Source: Macrostomum lignano
Lineage: Eukaryota
DNA: 24,077 nucleotides
Assembly: GCA_002269645.1 (NCBI GenBank)
Contig: NIVC01005164.1
Coordinates: 1 to 24,077 of the forward strand
Direction of reading: 5' to 3'
Of the stretch, positions 20,309-24,077 are shown piece after piece. Numbering within the stretch: the first letter of the stretch is position 1; the number at the start of each line of letters is the position of its first letter. A model generated the notes under the pieces. That model saw nothing but the letters and a program-made list of their open reading frames with translations, searched no databases and was not told where the DNA came from. A program made the position numbers and the translations under genes.

Positions 20309-20876
20309 CAATGGAAAGAACTACATTGAGTAGACGCATGCTATCGGTATGCAACTGATTCAAGGACCGAGCTCCACTGAGAACAAAAGAGCCGCTGTGA
20401 AAAAGCAGACATTTACAAAAGTTTAAATTGAAAATTAAAGCAGAAAAGGATTCTGGTTCATATTCGGCGTTTGGGATAATTGATTTTAACATTAATAAGG
20501 AAAGTGCGGAATGAACTGGGAGCTGTCCATGAGCAGTAATAGTTTTAATTCGAACACAAATTGTTTGATGAGGCAGCAGTTGAGCCGGCACTCTCCGATG
20601 CAGCATAGCCACGAAGCGACGGGCAGCCCTTTTGGCGTCTGCGTGGGTCTTGGCACCGCAGATGCTCAGTTGCCCAGTAGGGTAGAGTAGGAGAGTCACT
20701 CTGGGAATCCGCATCCGCTTGATGAGCACCCGGGGCCAGACGGGCCGGTAGATCACATGAGCCATGCTGAGAGCCAGTTCCCGTAGAGGCAGCTGAGCGC
20801 CCCTGCCACCATCCAGTCTCAGATCTACTCCGCCAACCAGATTGGTCACTCTTAGGGCTGTAGCTGGTGGGCTCAT
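20304..20876 (-). CDS. Divergent TATA-box-binding protein (TBP)-fold protein, about 190 aa, core only
   Basis: Two TBP repeats: LRVTNLVGGVDL..LPLRELAL..YRP..LIKRMRIPRVTLLLYPTGQLSICGAKTHADAKRAARRF, and IKTITA..NAEYEPESFSALIF..LLFHSGSFVLSGARS. First ATG at 20876; the ORF track starts it at a TTG at 20915. Confidence 0.85.
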   Translation of the reverse strand: MSPPATALRVTNLVGGVDLRLDGGRGAQLPLRELALSMAHVIYRPVWPRVLIKRMRIPRVTLLLYPTGQLSICGAKTHADAKRAARRFVAMLHRRVPAQLLPHQTICVRIKTITAHGQLPVHSALSLLMLKSIIPNAEYEPESFSALIFNLNFCKCLLFHSGSFVLSGARSLNQLHTDSMRLLNVVLSIE

Positions 20877-20917
20877 TTCGATCGTCAACTTCTTCACCAA
20901 ATCTGCTTCTGCCAACT

Positions 20918-21395
20918 TTACTGCTCGTGTGCCACGGACACTGCTCGCTTCTTAAGTTGATGCAGAACTTTGGCTTAAGCCAACTGTAGTGCAGCAACGA
21001 ATTTCTCACTGCACAGCCAGTATCTGAATCTTCAGTCGAGGGTGCTCCCAAATCTTCTAGGTTATAAACCTGTCTTCCAAGCAGCTCAGTCAGAAAAATC
21101 GACTTCCTTTCCCCATTTGACCAGATCGGACCACTGGCAATGCTCAGAATGTCTTCCGCCAGTTCCATGTACGGACGGGTTCCATCATTCCACTTAAACT
21201 GGTGCAGACTCTTAGATAGCTGTCTGTAGTAAACTCGCATGTCAGGTGAGACTCTCTCCCATGGATACGGAGGTGCGTACACATGGTGAGCAATGCGGTA
21301 GCTCCCCGCTCTGATTTGAACAACTGCCAACTCCTTCACAACAAATTTTTTGCTTGTGCTGTTGCACGGAATCCTTGGAAGTCAATGTAGTTCAT
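20918..21395 (-). CDS. Maverick-associated small protein with a DEDD-exonuclease-like N-terminal motif; frameshifted at about 21348, C-terminal end uncertain
   Basis: Repaired start MNYIDFQGF...KKFVVKELAVV, followed by PPYPW, LHQFKWNDG, NGERK..FL, VYNLEDLGAP and CAVRN..L..WL. I recall this pattern from arthropod-type Maverick ORFs. Confidence 0.6.
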
Positions 21396-21424
21396 GATGC
21401 AGCTTTCCTTCGAAAATTTCGGAG

Positions 21425-22117
21425 TCAGTCCACCTTCTTATATACTTTTCTGGCAGGCAGTTTCAGCCAGGCTGTGTTGCTCCCGTACCCCTTGACTAGA
21501 CTCTCCTGTTCTTTCTCCAGTTCACCCCCTCTGCTGGTTGCCATTTTCTTCTTAACTGATTTACCAATAGCGGAAAGCGGAACATTAAGCTTTTTCTGCT
21601 GCAGAAAATCGATGAACTCGTTCCACCCAACTGGTTCACGCTCACATGGCGAATCCCTCACTGTGTGCTGAATCAAGTCCAGTATGTTTGAGGAAGGGAT
21701 TGACGTGCCTGCGATTTCCACCTCCCCGTTTTCACAAACTCGAATCAGCTCTGGATTGGTGGACAGGATCGTCCACAGACTGCGAGCCCTGGTTTTGAAT
21801 TTCTGTGGCACCGACTTGCTGATCTTCTCTTCCCAGGTGCTTATCTGGGGTGTCTCTGTTTTCATCAACTTGGCTTCAGTATTGCGTGCTCCTTCTTTTC
21901 CAGCGTGCTTGCGCTTGGCCAGCAAACTTTGCATTGCACTTTGGTACATGGCGGTTTTCACATCTTCTGGACAATCCTCGGCATACAAGATGTCATCGCA
22001 TTTCTTCTGAGCCTGCTTCAAGTCAGCTTCAGTGGTAGTCTCATTTGGCTTCAAATTCTGCATCAACATCTCATACTCTGCTTTAGGAATCAGAACCATT
22101 TCTGAAAATTTGTTCAT
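21425..22117 (-). CDS. Conserved Maverick hypothetical protein (230 aa)
   Basis: Intact ATG ORF with MVLIP, RARSLW.IL, GEVEIAG..IPSSNILDLI, PVGW.EF and NVPLS.IG, a pattern I recognise from Maverick ORFs near the ATPase. Confidence 0.7.
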   Translation of the reverse strand: MNKFSEMVLIPKAEYEMLMQNLKPNETTTEADLKQAQKKCDDILYAEDCPEDVKTAMYQSAMQSLLAKRKHAGKEGARNTEAKLMKTETPQISTWEEKISKSVPQKFKTRARSLWTILSTNPELIRVCENGEVEIAGTSIPSSNILDLIQHTVRDSPCEREPVGWNEFIDFLQQKKLNVPLSAIGKSVKKKMATSRGGELEKEQESLVKGYGSNTAWLKLPARKVYKKVD

Positions 22118-22421
22118 TTTGCTTCTTCTTCTTTACCAGCTTAAGCAGAATCGGGAGTATTTTGATGAAGCCAGCCTTCAACAAGTCTGTCTTTCTTCTT
22201 TTGTGAGTAATTTTTCGAATTATCTCTTTTGACTTTGCAAGAACAGCTTTTTCATCGAGCGAAAACGATAGATTGTTTTGTAAGAGATTATGGCAGGCCT
22301 CGACAAGAAAATAACGCACTTCTTTTGGACAATTTTTTATCAACAGCCGCTTGAAGCGCACGGTATATTTAGGTGACGCAAGAACCGCAAACAGACTTGC
22401 ATATGAATCAAGCACTTCCAT
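22083..22421 (-). CDS. Small basic conserved Maverick protein (about 112 aa from ATG 22421)
   Basis: LLIKNC....FLVEACHNLLQNNL...KEIIRKI...GFIKILPILL. It lies directly downstream of the ATPase, as is common in Mavericks. Confidence 0.65.
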   Translation of the reverse strand: MEVLDSYASLFAVLASPKYTVRFKRLLIKNCPKEVRYFLVEACHNLLQNNLSFSLDEKAVLAKSKEIIRKITHKRRKTDLLKAGFIKILPILLKLVKKKKQNEQIFRNGSDS

Positions 22422-22454
22422 AGCGATGAAAACAATAGCTGATAAAAACAAGCT

Positions 22455-23105
22455 TCACTTTCTTAAGCAAATACAAGATGGGGTCGCTGGTTGGGCAAAT
22501 TCTGGCCCGCACTCGCAGCTCATCGGGAGTTGATGGGTGAAATCCAGGAACAGGTAGCTCCCCTGCCCTGCGCGGTCACGTGCTTGAACACTGACAGCAG
22601 AAAGCCGGGCTTCTCTGTAAAGCACTGCCTGCCCAGTGCTGCAATCTGCAGCTGGTCTCTGGGGTTTTTCAAGATAGCTAAATACATTACATTCAAGCTC
22701 ATTGTTCGCGACTCTTTTCCCTTGAAAAATATATTCTGAGTCAGCATCACCAAAAAGCACGGCAAGTGATGTGCGATTCCTGTGAAAAAATTTCGCATTG
22801 AAGCAGAGTTTGAAGTTTCCTCTATTAAGTCATCGAAAACAACCAGGTCATTGGCCTAAGTGCTGCCTCGATGTTGGTGGGAAATCCCTGGCGCAGCTGC
22901 ACACCTAGGCTGCTCAGTTCTGCATGGCCTGCCTGTGAGATCCCATAGTACCACAGAACTCTGCCAGGCTTCACATCAAACATGACGTCTCTGTACTGGA
23001 TCAGGTGTTTGACAAAGGTTGTTTTTCCTGCATTGGTGGGCCGCAGACAATCATGCAGCTTCCCTGCCTGAGGCGGATATCGTAGCAAACTTGCTTTTCT
23101 CCCAT
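22455..23105 (-). CDS. FtsK/HerA-type (A32-like) packaging ATPase, split by four apparent 1-nt deletions (about 23039, 22853, 22561 and 22526)
   Basis: Repaired sequence: MGEKQVCYDIRL..CMIVCGPTNAGKTTFV (Walker A), LVVFDDL (Walker B), FTGIAHH, TQNIF, RTMSLN, KNPRDQLQI, YLFLDF and ELRVR. Confidence 0.88.
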
Positions 23106-23139
23106 GTTTAATGCATAAATATAGTCACGACATCTTTTT

Positions 23140-23634
23140 CTTAAGTTGGCTTCAAACCTCTGTAAGATTCTATCATTCAAATGATTTTTTTCATTAGCAT
23201 GCAAATGCTTCAAAATCCCTCAAATGACCGATTGAACAGAAACTTTTGATAAGCAAAATAGATGCAAAACATCCGCATTTATTAGAGTTAGCACATTGAA
23301 CTCTGTTTATATTGCTTCGGAGCCAAAAGCCAGTTGTTTTAATCTCTCGAAACAAATTATAAACCAAAGATAAAATTTCAGGTTCCCAGCCGAGGGAGTT
23401 GAACAACTCAATGCGATTTCCTTGCCCAACATAGCACACCACCCAGTGACCAAATGAGCCATTGTGCTGAAGTAGGACAAAAACAAACTTGTTTTCAAAG
23501 GAAATTGATGATCTAAATTTTCTTTTTACATTCAAGGGCAGAGAATTTTTATAGCGCAAATGTAAAGTAACTATGAGAAATTTTTGGTAAGGCAAAAATT
23601 TTCTGGCGAGATTAAGTAGTTGAATTGCATCCAT
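23140..23634 (-). CDS. Adenain-like cysteine maturation protease, with two apparent 1-nt deletions near the C-terminus (about 23267 and 23218); 3' end approximate
   Basis: GHWV (His), ELFNSLG (Asn in place of the usual Asp), VQ...NKCG (Gln/Cys). The repaired tail is FCIYFAYQK..SFEGIL..NDRILQRF. Confidence 0.85.
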
Positions 23635-23639
23635 GTCAA

Positions 23640-24077
23640 TTAAGATGAATAGTCCAGCAAAAGCTCCCGGTGCTTGGTGACCTCAATCAACGAGTCATAC
23701 AGGCACATAGCAATCAGGGACACCCGCTTCATTCAGAGCCTGTTGGAAGCGAATCTCCAGCCGCAGGTTGCCCTCCTTCTGTCCGTACCACAGAGCCGCT
23801 CCCTCGGGTGTGAGATCGAATGCAAACACCGTGCTGTTGTTGGAGAAGAGCTGGTAGGGGATCCACGGACCGAGTTTGTGTGGCTTGCAGATTGACAGCT
23901 TTTCAGGTAGTGCAAGTATTCTCTTAGAAAGGAATTGTTTTCAGGTGTGAAGGCGCCGTGGCACACGGTTTCCCCACCTTTCTTTAGAGCCAATCGGCTA
24001 AGGTTGAAGCTCTGGAACTGGAACGGGCTCGCGTGATGATGACCGTTGAATGCTCGGTGGCTCACGAAGGCCAGCAT
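23640..24077 (-). CDS. Major capsid protein C-terminus (partial), with frameshifts at about 23901 (-1) and 23724 (+1)
   Basis: AFNG...SPFQFQSFNL, REY, then in the repaired frames TVFAFDLTPE...GNLRLEIRF..AL and YDSLIEVTKHRELLLDY*, which match the Maverick MCP C-terminal pattern. Confidence 0.87.

Larger units (their letters stand above)
13090..24077. mobile_element. Maverick/Polinton (polintovirus-like) element; left boundary uncertain, continues off the right edge
   Basis: pPolB, packaging ATPase, adenain-like protease, major capsid protein and typical small conserved ORFs lie in a compact convergent arrangement. No integrase or TIR is visible in the window. Confidence 0.88.

Noticed and set aside
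16860-23905. Programmed -1 ribosomal frameshifting in Maverick genes
   Set aside because: There are too many sites (four each in PolB and ATPase) and no consistent X XXY YYZ slippery heptamer. Indel error or decay is simpler.

Overview
Eukaryotic (probably invertebrate; the host cannot be determined here) transposon cluster with no recognisable host gene. (1) 1-6015, minus strand: an intron-containing Helitron-family Rep/Hel gene with an N-terminal OTU domain, disrupted by one frameshift and one in-frame stop and running off the left edge. A 629-bp non-autonomous Helitron sits in its first intron. (2) About 6.0-9.8 kb: non-coding DNA with a ~528-bp tandem dimer and two long palindromes. (3) 9804-13085: an apparently intact Chapaev-like DDE transposon (RAG1/Transib-related) with 241-bp TIRs and a 4-bp AAAC TSD, inserted at the predicted start site of a TATA promoter. 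(4) About 13.1 kb to the right edge: a Maverick/Polinton with a spliced protein-primed PolB, packaging ATPase, adenain-like protease, major capsid C-terminus and conserved small ORFs. It also carries an unexpected, compact TATA-binding-protein (TBP)-fold gene, the most striking observation here. The Maverick genes have at least 12 single-base deletions, all placeable in homopolymer runs. These look like assembly errors, so the element may really be nearly intact. All family assignments come from motif recognition by eye; no database searches were run.
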